From an uncultured Verrucomicrobiae bacterium (lineage in GTDB: Bacteria > Verrucomicrobiota > Verrucomicrobiia > Chthoniobacterales > UBA10450): a stretch of 64,000 bases of DNA. The stretch lies in assembly GCA_963735805.1 (NCBI GenBank), contig CAVTMK010000003.1:64001-128000 (forward strand), given 5' to 3'. Shown here piece by piece: positions 19,089-29,298 of the stretch; the first letter of the stretch is position 1; each line of letters opens with the position of its first letter. The notes under the pieces are model-generated. The model was not told the origin of the DNA. It saw nothing but the letters and a program-made list of their open reading frames with translations, and searched no databases. A program made the translations under genes and the position numbers.

Positions 19089-20513
19089 ATGCAACCCGAA
19101 GAGTTCGATTTAGTCATGCTCGGTGGCGGCACGGGTTCGACCGTTGCTGCGTGGACGTTTGCCGGCGAAGGAAAGCGGGTCGCAGTCGTCGATCGCAAAT
19201 ACATCGGCGGATCGTGCCCGAACATCGCCTGCTTACCAAGCAAGAACATCATCCACAGTGCGAAGATCGCGTCCTACATTCGCCGAAGCAAAGAGTTTGG
19301 CATCTCTCTCGACGGCTTCACAATCGACATGTCGGGCGTCCGCGATCGCAAACGCAAGATGGTAATCGGCCTCAACGACATGTACCTTGCGAACTACAGA
19401 AACACGGGAGCGACATTGATTTTGGGAGGAACCGGTCGGTTCATCGCTCCGAAAACTGTCGAGGTCACTCTCCCGAATGGGACCAAGCGTCTGTTGCGCG
19501 GTACCGACGTGATCATAAGTACCGGTACACGAGCTACCCTGGAAGCAATCCCCGGTCTTGCTGAAGCGGAACCACTCACCCATGTCGAGGCACTCGAACT
19601 TGACCGCGTTCCCGAACGGTTACTTGTGATAGGTGGCGGATATGTCGGAATAGAATTCTCGCAGGCTATGCGCCGCTTCGGAAGCAAAGTAACGGTGATC
19701 GATCGCAACCAACGCCTGATGTCTAAAGAAGATGAAGACGTCTGTGAAGCTCTTCGTACTCTGCTTCAGGACGAGGACGTAGACATTGTTTTGTCTGCGC
19801 GGGTCAAGGAACTGTCAGGGAAATCTGGCGACGCAGTGAGCGTCATCGTGGACCAAAACGGAACTGAGAAGGCCTTGAAGGGCAGTCATGTACTAGTGGC
19901 GGCAGGCCGCACGCCAAACACCGACCGGCTTGGGTTGGACTTAGCTGGAGTCGAATTGACGAACCGGGGATACATCAAGGTCAACGAACGATTGCAGACT
20001 ACCGCGCCGGGTGTGTGGGCAATCGGTGAGGTTGCGGGTAGTCCGCAGTTTACACATATCAGCCTGGACGATTTTCGCGTCGTCCATGCGAATCTAACTG
20101 GCGGCAACCGCGTGACTACGGGCAGGCAGGTTCCTTATTGCCTATTCACGGACCCGGAATTGGCGCGCGTTGGATTAAGTGAAATGGAAGCCAGAGCTCG
20201 GAGTATGGCGTATCGCTTGTTCAAAGTTCCAATGGAAGAAAATCTGCGCGCACGCTCGCTTTCGGAAACGCGAGGATTTTTCAAGGCCTTGGTAGCGACT
20301 GACAGCGATCGCATTCTCGGCTTCACGGCTTTCGGTGTTGGCGCGGGGGAGATTATGTCCACCGTCCAGATGGTGATGATCGCAGGATTGCCCTATACCA
20401 CACTGCGGGATGCCGTCCTAACTCATCCCACATTAGTAGAAGGACTGATGGCGCTGTTCTCATCAGTGCCGTCGGCCCATCATGTTGCTGATGCGACGTC
20501 GTCACCGCATTAA
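19089..20513 (+). CDS. Pyridine nucleotide-disulfide oxidoreductase (RclA/YkgC, 'mercuric reductase'-like)
   Basis: GGGTG FAD motif, GGSCPNIACLPSK redox disulfide, GGGYVGIE, THPT; no C-terminal Cys-Cys. Confidence 0.88.
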   Translation: MQPEEFDLVMLGGGTGSTVAAWTFAGEGKRVAVVDRKYIGGSCPNIACLPSKNIIHSAKIASYIRRSKEFGISLDGFTIDMSGVRDRKRKMVIGLNDMYLANYRNTGATLILGGTGRFIAPKTVEVTLPNGTKRLLRGTDVIISTGTRATLEAIPGLAEAEPLTHVEALELDRVPERLLVIGGGYVGIEFSQAMRRFGSKVTVIDRNQRLMSKEDEDVCEALRTLLQDEDVDIVLSARVKELSGKSGDAVSVIVDQNGTEKALKGSHVLVAAGRTPNTDRLGLDLAGVELTNRGYIKVNERLQTTAPGVWAIGEVAGSPQFTHISLDDFRVVHANLTGGNRVTTGRQVPYCLFTDPELARVGLSEMEARARSMAYRLFKVPMEENLRARSLSETRGFFKALVATDSDRILGFTAFGVGAGEIMSTVQMVMIAGLPYTTLRDAVLTHPTLVEGLMALFSSVPSAHHVADATSSPH

Positions 20514-20656
20514 ATCGAGGCATGCATAAGGAATATGTTATCGTGCTTCCAGATCTGGAGTTGGTTGCGCCGGGAGTCTTTGGACGGGACAACATTGCAG
20601 CCATTATCGGGGACGCTGGATCGCACGCTCGATGACAAGCTTTTCAAGTTAACCAT

Positions 20657-21022
20657 ATGAAACTACCAACCAGCTTATCGATAGGCATCACCGCGATTAG
20701 TATACTCGGCACGATATTAGTTCGGGCGGCCACTGATCACAGCGACGAACAGATCCGCACTGAGGTCGATTGGTCGGAGTTGATCGCGAGCATGGACAAG
20801 ATGCACATGGCCATGGGAGCAGTTGAGCGATCCGGCAACAGTGATGTCGATTTCGTTAGGTTGATGATTCCTCATCATCAGGCGGCAGTCGACATGGCGA
20901 AAACACAACTCTTGTACGGCAAGGATCCACAAATGCGGCGCCTAGCTCAGGAAATTATCACTGACCAACAGCTCGAACTCGAATTGATGCAGCGTTGGCT
21001 GAAACAACAACACGCAAACTAA
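20657..21022 (+). CDS. DUF305 (CopM-like) exported protein
   Basis: Signal peptide; MDKMHMAM, DVDFVRLMIPHHQAAVDMA, LAQEIITDQ. Confidence 0.88.
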   Translation: MKLPTSLSIGITAISILGTILVRAATDHSDEQIRTEVDWSELIASMDKMHMAMGAVERSGNSDVDFVRLMIPHHQAAVDMAKTQLLYGKDPQMRRLAQEIITDQQLELELMQRWLKQQHAN

Positions 21023-21023
21023 C

Positions 21024-22487
21024 ATGAGAGCGATTCTTTGGTTTTTGCTTCTTTGTTTATCGGCACCGGCAATAGCGCAACAGGCCCCTTGGGCGCGACG
21101 AGACATTCCAGTCTCCAGTCACGACCGCGTTTATACGGCCGATCAAACGTCGAACACGGTTTCGGTAATTGATCCGGCTGAGAACAAGTTGCTCGGCGAG
21201 ATAAGACTTGGCGACCCGGTGCCCGGCGCGCTTAGTCCGCTGTACAAAGGGCAGCTTCTCGTTCACGGTCTGGGTTTCTCGCCAGACTCCAAGACACTGG
21301 CCGTTGTGTCGGTGGGATCGAATTCTGTAACGCTGATCGACACGTTAACGAACAAAGTCAAAGGCGTGGTTTACGTGGGCCGATCGCCGCATGAAGCGTT
21401 CTTCACTCCCAATGGACGCGAGTTATGGGTGACTGTGCGCGGCGAGAACTACGTCTCGGTGATCGATCCCGCTCGGATGAGCGAAACGCGGCGCATCGAA
21501 GTGGCCAACGGTCCAGGTATGACCATGTTCGGGCCGGACGGCAAGTATGCGTTTGTGTGTTCCAGCTTCATTCCGGAACTCGCGGTCATCGATGTAGCGT
21601 CGCATAAAATCATCAAGCGAGTGCCGCAAGTGAGTCCCTTTTCACCGAATATCGCTGTTACTCCGGAAAACGATGAGGTGTGGATCACCTTGAAAGACGT
21701 CGGCAAGGTGCAGACCTACAGCGCGAAGCCACCGTTCGAGCAAAAAGTGGTGGTGGAGACTGGACCGATCACGAATCACGTGAACTTTGCGAATAATCGC
21801 AGCGGAAAATTCGCATACGTGACCATTGGCGGCACGAACGAAGTAAAAGCCTTCCGAAGAGGCGAAACACCGGAATTAGTCGCAACAATTCCGGTGGGAG
21901 AACTTCCGCATGGAATCTGGCCTTCGGGCGATGGTTCGCGAGTTTATGTGGCACTGGAAAATGCCGGACATTGCGTTGCGATTGATACCGTAACTAACAA
22001 GGTCATCGCTAACATCCCAATCGGGCAAACGACGCAGGCTCTGGTTTATGTGCCAAACGCGGTCCCGAGCGGCGCCGGTACGGAAAATCTCATGCCGCTC
22101 GGCACTGCAGCTAACACTGCGCGGCTACACTTGGAGGCCGGCGGCACCGCGCTGCCAAAAGCTCAGGCATCGGTGGCGGTGAATTCACTCGGCCTCTTGG
22201 ATCTTATTCAGATCGCGGCGAAAGGACTTTCACCGCAGACGCAGTATCAGGTCTATCTGGCCGGATCGAATCAGGCGCCGTTTGGTAAACTTGAACCGCT
22301 TGCCGTCCTGAAAACGAATCCCGATGGCGCAGGCATCGTTCAGGCAATCGGGCCGCTGAAGGCGCTCGCCGTCAATAATCCAAATTCCTCCGCGGCTCAA
22401 CGATTTCTCGTCGTGACAGACATCAAAGACCCATCGCAGATTGCGCTGCGGCAGGCTAGCTCGGCAGGAAATCTTGACCGTAAATAG
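21024..22487 (+). CDS. Exported YVTN/YncE beta-propeller repeat protein
   Basis: Signal peptide; repeated VSVID, PHEAFFTP, PHGIWPS, YVT motifs. Confidence 0.88.
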   Translation: MRAILWFLLLCLSAPAIAQQAPWARRDIPVSSHDRVYTADQTSNTVSVIDPAENKLLGEIRLGDPVPGALSPLYKGQLLVHGLGFSPDSKTLAVVSVGSNSVTLIDTLTNKVKGVVYVGRSPHEAFFTPNGRELWVTVRGENYVSVIDPARMSETRRIEVANGPGMTMFGPDGKYAFVCSSFIPELAVIDVASHKIIKRVPQVSPFSPNIAVTPENDEVWITLKDVGKVQTYSAKPPFEQKVVVETGPITNHVNFANNRSGKFAYVTIGGTNEVKAFRRGETPELVATIPVGELPHGIWPSGDGSRVYVALENAGHCVAIDTVTNKVIANIPIGQTTQALVYVPNAVPSGAGTENLMPLGTAANTARLHLEAGGTALPKAQASVAVNSLGLLDLIQIAAKGLSPQTQYQVYLAGSNQAPFGKLEPLAVLKTNPDGAGIVQAIGPLKALAVNNPNSSAAQRFLVVTDIKDPSQIALRQASSAGNLDRK

Positions 22488-22515
22488 GCCTAACGACCTC
22501 CTGACGCACTATTTT

Positions 22516-23340
22516 ATGTCAAAGCCTTGGTTCATTATCGGACTCTTGCTGTTAAGCTGCTGCACAGTGACGGCGCAAAAGGAAGCCCGCCATATTCGAA
22601 ACATTGTTCTTGTTCATGGTGCCTGGGCAGATGGTTCGGGCTGGAAAGGTGTTTACGAAATTCTCGCCAAGAAAGGGTACAAGGTCAGCATCGTTCAGGA
22701 GCCGGAGACGTCCTTCAAAGAAGACGTAGATGCGACTATTCGCGTGATCGCTCAGCAAGATGGACCGTGCGTTGTTGTAGCTCACAGCTATGGTGGAGCG
22801 GTAATCACAGCAGCTGCGAACGATCCTAAAGTCATGGCATTAGTTTATGTCGCGGCCCACATGCCGGATGCAGGAGAGAGTGAGGCTGAGGATGGCAGGC
22901 GTTTTCCAAGTGATCTAAGTAAGTCGAGCGCAATAAAAAAGACTACCGACGGTTTCACTTACCTCGATCCAGCCCAATTTCATGAATATTTCGCAGCCGA
23001 TTTGACTGCTGAGCAAGCCGCTTTCATGGCGCGCTCACAGGTGTTCAACTACGCCGAAAATTTCAGTGCGGTTATCACGACGCCAGCGTGGAAAAGCAAG
23101 CCGAGCTGGATGCTGGTACCCACAAAGGATAGAACCATTAATCCTGATCTTGAACGGTGGTACGCCGCGCGAGCTAAAAGTCACGTGGTGGAAGTTTCAG
23201 GCGCGAGCCATGCAGTCTACGTCTCCAGGCCAAAGGAGGTTGCAGCCGTAATCGAAGAAGCTGCGTCGCACGCTCACTCTGAAGAGGGAGCGATCAATAC
23301 ACCTTCGGTGACATCACAAGATCTTACGAACGAGCAATAG
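22516..23340 (+). CDS. Exported alpha/beta hydrolase
   Basis: IVLVHGAWADGSGW, AHSYGG nucleophile elbow, DRTI, ASHA. Confidence 0.88.
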   Translation: MSKPWFIIGLLLLSCCTVTAQKEARHIRNIVLVHGAWADGSGWKGVYEILAKKGYKVSIVQEPETSFKEDVDATIRVIAQQDGPCVVVAHSYGGAVITAAANDPKVMALVYVAAHMPDAGESEAEDGRRFPSDLSKSSAIKKTTDGFTYLDPAQFHEYFAADLTAEQAAFMARSQVFNYAENFSAVITTPAWKSKPSWMLVPTKDRTINPDLERWYAARAKSHVVEVSGASHAVYVSRPKEVAAVIEEAASHAHSEEGAINTPSVTSQDLTNEQ

Positions 23341-23401
23341 TTACAAAGCAACACACCAGCGAACGTCAGACTTCCAAGCGTTCAGAAATGAAAGGAACAC
23401 A

Positions 23402-24163
23402 ATGAACAACAATAGATTCTCGGGAAAAGTTGCGCTCGTGACCGGAGGAACTTCCGGTATTGGCAAAGCCACGGCGCTCGAGTTCGCGCGCGCTGGCGCC
23501 AAGGTCGTTTTGGCTGGTCGCCGCGAGAAAGAAGGCGCGCAGGTCGTTGCCGAAATTAAAAAACTCGGCGGCGATGCGGCATTCGTCCGGACGGACGTCG
23601 CGAAAGATGCCGACGTTAAAGCGATGGTCGACTTCACCATCGGCACTTATCGCCGCCTCGACATCGCTTTTAACAATGCCGGCGTTGAGTGGATAGGCCC
23701 ATTGGATCAGGCCACCGAGGCGGAATACCGTCGCATCTTCGACATCAACGTTTGGGGAGTTCTGAATTCGATGCGTCACGAAATCCCTGCCATGCTAAAA
23801 AACGGCGGTGGCGCCATCGTCAATACCTCTAGCGTGGCCGGGCACGTTGGCATGGGTCAGGTCAGCATCTACACCGCGTCCAAGCATGCGGTCGAAGGCT
23901 TGACCAAGGCTCTCGCGCTGGAGTTCGCCAAACAAAATATCCGTATTAACGCAGTGGCCCCCGCCGGTGTCGCAACCGACATGGTCGATCGCTTCGCCGG
24001 AAAAGAAGGCGAGATGCGCGATTACCTCACGTCTCTTCATCCGGTCGGGCGCATTGGCGCCAGCGAAGAAATCGCTGCGGCCGTTCTCTATCTCTGTTCC
24101 GACGACGCGAAATTTACCACCGGCACTTCCCTCGTAGTGGATGGAGGAATGCTGGCCCAATAA
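23402..24163 (+). CDS. SDR family oxidoreductase
   Basis: TGGTSGIG, NNAG, YTASK. Confidence 0.93.
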   Translation: MNNNRFSGKVALVTGGTSGIGKATALEFARAGAKVVLAGRREKEGAQVVAEIKKLGGDAAFVRTDVAKDADVKAMVDFTIGTYRRLDIAFNNAGVEWIGPLDQATEAEYRRIFDINVWGVLNSMRHEIPAMLKNGGGAIVNTSSVAGHVGMGQVSIYTASKHAVEGLTKALALEFAKQNIRINAVAPAGVATDMVDRFAGKEGEMRDYLTSLHPVGRIGASEEIAAAVLYLCSDDAKFTTGTSLVVDGGMLAQ

Positions 24164-24458
24164 AGAACACATTTAGAAATCGAAACATCAAGAGTGGAAC
24201 TATCGAAGTCGATTTTCTCCCGCAAGCTTTTGAAGAGGCCAAAGATTACCTCAAATGCTGCCTCTCCCCCCCGAAAGCTGGGATTCGCGATCAACTCTAA
24301 TGAGAGCAAATCTGATTAAATGAAGCAGTTCTTTTTTGCGTGTCCCCCTTTTTTGGTTGTCTTTTTGACGGGAACTGGCTTCGAGATAGCATAACATTGA
24401 CGACTTCGATTCGCCGAAGCCTCATTGAGAAAACGCGCAGCAATACAAATTAAAAACG

Positions 24459-24728
24459 ATGCCTAATCGAGGGTGTTCTCATCTCGACACGATCGAGTCC
24501 ATCAAACAACCGCAACGCCGCGAATGCGAAGAATGCGTGAAGATCGGTTCATCCTGGGTCCATCTGCGCACGTGCCAGACGTGCGGTGTGACGCTGTGCT
24601 GCGATAGCTCCCCAAACCGGCATGCCAGCAAGCACGCTCATTCGTCCAGCCATCCTGTCATTGCATCCGCTCAACCCGGAGAGCGCTGGTTGTACTGCTA
24701 TCCAGACGACGCGTTTGCGGAATATTAG
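24459..24728 (+). CDS. UBP-type zinc finger protein
   Basis: CEEC...WVHLRTCQTCG...CCDSSPNRHASKH. Confidence 0.9.
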   Translation: MPNRGCSHLDTIESIKQPQRRECEECVKIGSSWVHLRTCQTCGVTLCCDSSPNRHASKHAHSSSHPVIASAQPGERWLYCYPDDAFAEY

Positions 24729-24970
24729 CCGCTGACATGCCGAAGAGTTTGGGCGATTTCTGAAATCGCCACACACAATCGATTTGTAACGTGCTTCAAA
24801 ATCTTATTTAGCCGCCATGGACGCGGACACGCACATACCATGTTCGACTTCTGGTGACACTTGCGGTGCATCTTCTCCGCTGCTTCCAACTTACACTCGC
24901 CATTTGCTAGCTTTTGAGCGCCTGCCGCCTCGCCTCCGCTGCAAAAGCGCTACAGCTCAACCCTTGCGCC

Positions 24971-25345
24971 TCACGACTTCGAGACAACGATCGTACCTGT
25001 CATTTTCGGGTGCACCGAGCAAAAGTAGGTGTAGGTGCCGGGAGCACCTGCTGTAATCGTGAATGTCTCATCCGTGTCGAGCGCCGACGATTTCTTAAAC
25101 CGTTTCTCGACGCTGACAACGGTATGTGGTTCTTCGTCGTGATTGATCCATGTAATCGTCTGTCCGGACTTCACGGTTATGGTCTGCGGATTGAAGGCGA
25201 AATCTTTGATCTCTATTGTGTTTTGCTTGCTACTGGTGCTATCGGCGTCCTTCATTTCGCCAGCAAGTGCGAAGGCGGACAGACTCAGACAACTGATCGC
25301 GCACAGTAGTGCGATGGTTTTGTTTCTAGCTATTAGTGTGGTCAT
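24971..25345 (-). CDS. Cupredoxin (plastocyanin/amicyanin-like), exported
   Basis: Signal peptide; PHTV and YFCSVHPKM type-1 copper ligands. Confidence 0.92.
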   Translation of the reverse strand: MTTLIARNKTIALLCAISCLSLSAFALAGEMKDADSTSSKQNTIEIKDFAFNPQTITVKSGQTITWINHDEEPHTVVSVEKRFKKSSALDTDETFTITAGAPGTYTYFCSVHPKMTGTIVVSKS

Positions 25346-25362
25346 GGTTATTTGTTGTTGCG

Positions 25363-26325
25363 TTAGCTAAGGTTAGAATCGACGACAGCCAGCGCGGTTT
25401 TACCTTGTTTATACTGGACGCTGGTTAGACCAAGAAGGCTGCGCAGCTTTTCAGCTGGCACTTTCATCGGTCCAGGAGATGGGGCAGTTCCAGGCGCAGG
25501 CTGTGGAAAGGCGGTGGACATCGCTGTATGGAAAGTGATATTGCCTTCTACCTTTTGGAGCACCTGGTGAATGTGCCCGTTTAGCACTGTCACCGACCCG
25601 AAGCGTTTCAAATATCCCAGAGCGCGTTCGCTATCGCTTGTTCCCCAACCCCATTGCGGATACACCGTCCAAAGCGGGATGTGCGCGAACACAACAATCG
25701 GCGTGTCAGCGCCAAGGGGTTTCACATCGCCCTCGAGCCACTCGAGCTGGTCATCGCCGAGCTGCCCCAAACCGCCCGCCTGAAGATCTAGCACGTTGAC
25801 CAGTCCAATGAAATGGACACCGTTTTTGTTAAAGCTATACCAACCGGAGCCCTTGGCGTCGACCCGCTTCAAATACTTTTCGCGGTAAAGCTTTCCGCCG
25901 TCATTTAGAACGTCGTGCTCGCCTGGCACGTAAAACACATCCTTGGTCCGGCAGCTCTTTAGTACCTCGTCGAAGGTATCGAACTCTTCCGGCTTTGAGA
26001 GTTGCGTGATATCGCCGGTGTGGATAAGGAAAGACGGCGGAGTTGGCATCGCGTTGATTCGATCCAAAGCAACTTTGAAAGTCGCGGTAACATCTTTGTT
26101 AGCCTCTTTGTTGAAGCCAATATGGCTATCGCTAATCTGTAGAAAACTAAGGTCCGTAGCCGGCAATGGCCCTCCAGCTTTCGCAATTTCGGCAAGGGTT
26201 TTTGACACGAGGACGCCGCCGCTGACGGTCCAGAGCAGGCCGGTGCCAGCCCAGGCCATGCACTGAAGAAAGCCGCGGCGGTCGATGCCGTCGTGTTCGT
26301 GATCATGAGAAATGTAATCGGACAT
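25363..26325 (-). CDS. Tat-exported calcineurin-like metallophosphoesterase
   Basis: DRRGFL twin-arginine signal; DSH, GD, GEHD, GHIH motifs; start placed at MSDYISH, downstream of the candidate promoter. Confidence 0.88.
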   Translation of the reverse strand: MSDYISHDHEHDGIDRRGFLQCMAWAGTGLLWTVSGGVLVSKTLAEIAKAGGPLPATDLSFLQISDSHIGFNKEANKDVTATFKVALDRINAMPTPPSFLIHTGDITQLSKPEEFDTFDEVLKSCRTKDVFYVPGEHDVLNDGGKLYREKYLKRVDAKGSGWYSFNKNGVHFIGLVNVLDLQAGGLGQLGDDQLEWLEGDVKPLGADTPIVVFAHIPLWTVYPQWGWGTSDSERALGYLKRFGSVTVLNGHIHQVLQKVEGNITFHTAMSTAFPQPAPGTAPSPGPMKVPAEKLRSLLGLTSVQYKQGKTALAVVDSNLS

Positions 26326-26379
26326 ATGTTTGGTTCCTTTTGGTTTGGCTGGTTTGATTGATGTTGTTTCCACTGGTCC

Positions 26380-26405
26380 TTACTGATTCGGGAGGGTTTT
26401 ATTCC
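26380..26405 (-). promoter_or_regulatory. Candidate ECF promoter, motif 2
   Basis: GGAATA-N14-CAGTAA. Confidence 0.6.
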
Positions 26406-26410
26406 CGGAA

Positions 26411-26863
26411 TTAAATCGCACCACTTTCGACTCCGCTGACAAATCCGCCGAGATGTCCGGCGATTGCGATCAGCAAGACCGTGGCAAGCGCAAGCATGAT
26501 GTAGGTGAGCCCCGGCGCGCGTTGCGGAAGTTTCCGCTGGGAAATACGCCAGCCGGAAAGAACCCACATCATCCCGCTTGCGGCCAGGGCAAAGAGCAGG
26601 TGCAGAAGCAAGTTTCCCTTAAGCTTCGACCCTTCCAGTTGCCATTGCCATGCGGTCAAGCCGCTCGCAATGGCAACCGGGGCTGTCAGGGCCGCACCGA
26701 TCAGATTATAAAACGCGGCCTTCGCCAAGGCTGGATTCTTTTTCCAGATCGCAAGGAGATCAAATGCCACACTGATGATGAACAGCGCTATCGGGAAGTG
26801 AATAATTATCGGGTGTTGCGCGTGTTTCGCGAGCAGGGCGGCTTTTAGATCAAACGGGTTCAT
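26411..26863 (-). CDS. DUF2231 membrane protein
   Basis: HPIIIHFPIAL, GHLGG, four TM helices. Confidence 0.85.
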   Translation of the reverse strand: MNPFDLKAALLAKHAQHPIIIHFPIALFIISVAFDLLAIWKKNPALAKAAFYNLIGAALTAPVAIASGLTAWQWQLEGSKLKGNLLLHLLFALAASGMMWVLSGWRISQRKLPQRAPGLTYIMLALATVLLIAIAGHLGGFVSGVESGAI

Positions 26864-26901
26864 GCGATCCTTTGTGAAACCTTGCAGCGATTTTCCGACA
26901 C

Positions 26902-27396
26902 TCAGTTGTGTGCTATCCCGCTGGGTGATTTCTCACCTGTGGAATCCAAGTCGAGGATTGTTTGCCTACCAGCCTTGATAACGACGCGCGCTCGGACATA
27001 TCCTTTCGTCTCCGATCGAGCTTCGATTACGTAGGATCCCGCCTGCAGTGTCACGACCTCGGGAATTTCATCGCTGTTCGAGATGTGATTTTCCACATTC
27101 TTGAATAGCCTTCCATCGGTCGTGTAGATCGCGTACGAGCTATGTGCATAGTAAGGCACGTCACTGTCCTCGAATGCATCCGTAGCGGAATAAACCATGA
27201 GTGAACCCTGCGATAACTGTCCTGCTTTTGCCTCGCCCCTGGCCAGTGCTGGTTTCTCTGTTTCATTGCCGCGCGTTGTGCCGAGCAACGCCACAGCAAT
27301 AAACATCCCGATCGCCAGATTTCTTGTGGTCACGTACCTAAGAAGTGGCATGAACGCCGATCCGTAGCTGTAAGTCTGTTTGTGATTAGTTTTCAT
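26902..27396 (-). CDS. Hypothetical exported protein
   Basis: N-terminal hydrophobic segment, beta-rich body (YYAHSSYAIY, LQAGSYVIEA), co-oriented in the ECF cluster. Confidence 0.65.
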   Translation of the reverse strand: MKTNHKQTYSYGSAFMPLLRYVTTRNLAIGMFIAVALLGTTRGNETEKPALARGEAKAGQLSQGSLMVYSATDAFEDSDVPYYAHSSYAIYTTDGRLFKNVENHISNSDEIPEVVTLQAGSYVIEARSETKGYVRARVVIKAGRQTILDLDSTGEKSPSGIAHN

Positions 27397-27426
27397 TGTT
27401 TTGTTTTTGATTACCTCCAGCGACTT

Positions 27427-27452
27427 ATACCGATTTGGTCAGCGAATATTCC
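27427..27452 (-). promoter_or_regulatory. Candidate ECF promoter, motif 2
   Basis: GGAATA-N14-CGGTAT. Confidence 0.62.
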
Positions 27453-27579
27453 CGCTAGGGCGAAACCGTTTCCGCGCCGAAAAAGTTGCGGGAAAGAATC
27501 GCCCTGGTTCGACGGAACCGTGCGCGACTATTATCGATGGGCTACCCTGCTATCGTTTCGCTAACGACCGCGGATGTCG

Positions 27580-28428
27580 TTAGGGATGCTGAGTGTGCGC
27601 TTCGAACTGCTGCTTGAACGTCTGTAAATCGTTGTCGCTAACGTCAGAAACGGCCCAGTAATTGAAGTCGGTATCAGCCCAATGAAGCAAATGATAACCC
27701 TGGCGTGTTATCGTATTTTGTACCTTGCCCGCTCCAGGCGCTGTTGGCCATATAAATAAGTTAATAAAATGCTTGCGCCTTTCGTAAACCAGCGCTGCTA
27801 CGGGATGGTTATCGAGATAATCAAGGCGCCCTCCTATCAAGGGAAAACCTTCAGCAGACAGATCCACCGCTGGGGCTGCAAAATCGAGCTTTGCATCAAG
27901 CCATGGCTTAACCGTGTGTTGATCGGAGGAGGCGACGTCCGTGAGGTGGTTTGCCATAAGCGAGCGGACATGACTAGCTATAAGTTGTGTCGCTAGGAAC
28001 TGGTCGGACGAAGGTTGTCGCAATCGAGGCAGCAAATTGGAACCAATAATCGCAGCCAGGATTATAGCTGCGGCGAGGCCTAGCCAGTTCCATGGTATCG
28101 TTGGTAGACTCGGACGGCGTTCTGAACGGGGACGCGTGATTGGCACTTGATTTTCTTGTGCAGTACCGTGCGTAGCCCTCGCGCCGATTGCATCTCGCAA
28201 AGAGGATCGAATCTGCTGACGCAGTTCGGTCGAAGCTTTATAGTACGGCGCGCTCCGGTTGATCGCGTGCCCCAGGGCAGCCTGCGCCTCATATGTCTGC
28301 TCACACTTGGGGCAGTCCCGCAAGTGCTGTTCGACTTTCTGACTGGTGATTGGGTCCAGTTCGCCATCCAGATAAGCGTCCATCAAGTCTGTGATTTCCT
28401 GGCAGTTCACCTTATTCTCCTGACTCAT
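27580..28428 (-). CDS. Zinc-finger (ZAS) transmembrane anti-sigma factor
   Basis: AYLDGEL...HLRDCPKC, one TM helix, DQHTVKPW, GGRLDYL. Confidence 0.92.
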   Translation of the reverse strand: MSQENKVNCQEITDLMDAYLDGELDPITSQKVEQHLRDCPKCEQTYEAQAALGHAINRSAPYYKASTELRQQIRSSLRDAIGARATHGTAQENQVPITRPRSERRPSLPTIPWNWLGLAAAIILAAIIGSNLLPRLRQPSSDQFLATQLIASHVRSLMANHLTDVASSDQHTVKPWLDAKLDFAAPAVDLSAEGFPLIGGRLDYLDNHPVAALVYERRKHFINLFIWPTAPGAGKVQNTITRQGYHLLHWADTDFNYWAVSDVSDNDLQTFKQQFEAHTQHP

Positions 28429-29040
28429 CTAAGCGGTTAAATATTCCCTAAGTTTTGCGCGGGCCCTGGCCAGTCGCGACATGACCGTGCCGGCGGGAAT
28501 TTTCAGGGTGTCGCCTATCTCCTTGTAAGATAACTCTTCCTGATGGCGTAGAATCAGGATCTCCCGGAATTCCGCAGGTAATTGGTCCATCGCATTTGTC
28601 ATTAGTTTGGCGTCTTCCGCGCGCTCGAGGATCGTTTCGGGGCTGACCGACTCGTGGGCGGTTGCGTGGATCTCTTCATCGAAAGTCGTTGTGAGATCGA
28701 CTGCGTGGTTTTTCTTCAGCAGGGTGTACGACGTATTTCGAACGATCGTGAGGAGCCAAGCCCGTCCGTTTGAGCCGCGAAATCCGTCGAAAGACCTGAA
28801 TGCGCGCAGATACGCCTCTTGCACTACATCCTGCGCGTCCTGTTCGTTGCGCAGCAACCACCTGGCCAAATTGTGCGCAGCATCAAGATGAGGCAGCATC
28901 GCCTCCTCAAACAAAGCCAGTTCCGGTGTCTCGGAGTGATCTGCTTGCGTCTTTTCGACTACGGTGAACTTCACAATCTTTCGTTGCGATTCGAGATCTT
29001 GAGTGTCCGAACCATGCTCCGTTTTCAGTTGCAAAGCCAT
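28429..29040 (-). CDS. ECF RNA polymerase sigma-70 factor
   Basis: DAQDVVQEAYLRA, AWLLTIVRN, LSYKEI...GTVMSRLARAR. Confidence 0.94.
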   Translation of the reverse strand: MALQLKTEHGSDTQDLESQRKIVKFTVVEKTQADHSETPELALFEEAMLPHLDAAHNLARWLLRNEQDAQDVVQEAYLRAFRSFDGFRGSNGRAWLLTIVRNTSYTLLKKNHAVDLTTTFDEEIHATAHESVSPETILERAEDAKLMTNAMDQLPAEFREILILRHQEELSYKEIGDTLKIPAGTVMSRLARARAKLREYLTA

Positions 29041-29109
29041 AGTGATTTTCGAGGGGCCATAATCTCGGCACGGCGCAGTACACTTAGGCGCTTTGCCGTT
29101 TATCTAACT

Positions 29110-29135
29110 AGACTGGCGCCGCTTCATTTTATTCC
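29110..29135 (-). promoter_or_regulatory. Candidate autoregulatory ECF promoter, motif 2
   Basis: GGAATA-N14-CAGTCT upstream of the sigma gene. Confidence 0.55.
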
Positions 29136-29218
29136 ATCCACACAAGAAAAGATTCCGCGGGAGACCAGATCATCTCACGGACTTCGGTAAGTCAAACGAG
29201 GCCGTGCATAACTCCAAG

Positions 29219-29244
29219 AGAATATAAATCGGCCAGATCGGTAT
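29219..29244 (+). promoter_or_regulatory. Candidate ECF promoter, motif 2, upstream of tatA
   Basis: AGAATA-N14-CGGTAT. Confidence 0.55.
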
Positions 29245-29298
29245 GAATGGATTGAACGCAGCACAACTTTCTGAGGAAACAAACTACCCGAATTTTTT

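Noticed and set aside
19089..20513. Mercuric reductase MerA
   Set aside because: No C-terminal Cys-Cys pair, no N-terminal metal-binding domain and no mer genes nearby
24730..24970. Small ORF or relic between the zinc finger and cupredoxin genes
   Set aside because: Short open frames without convincing motifs or start context
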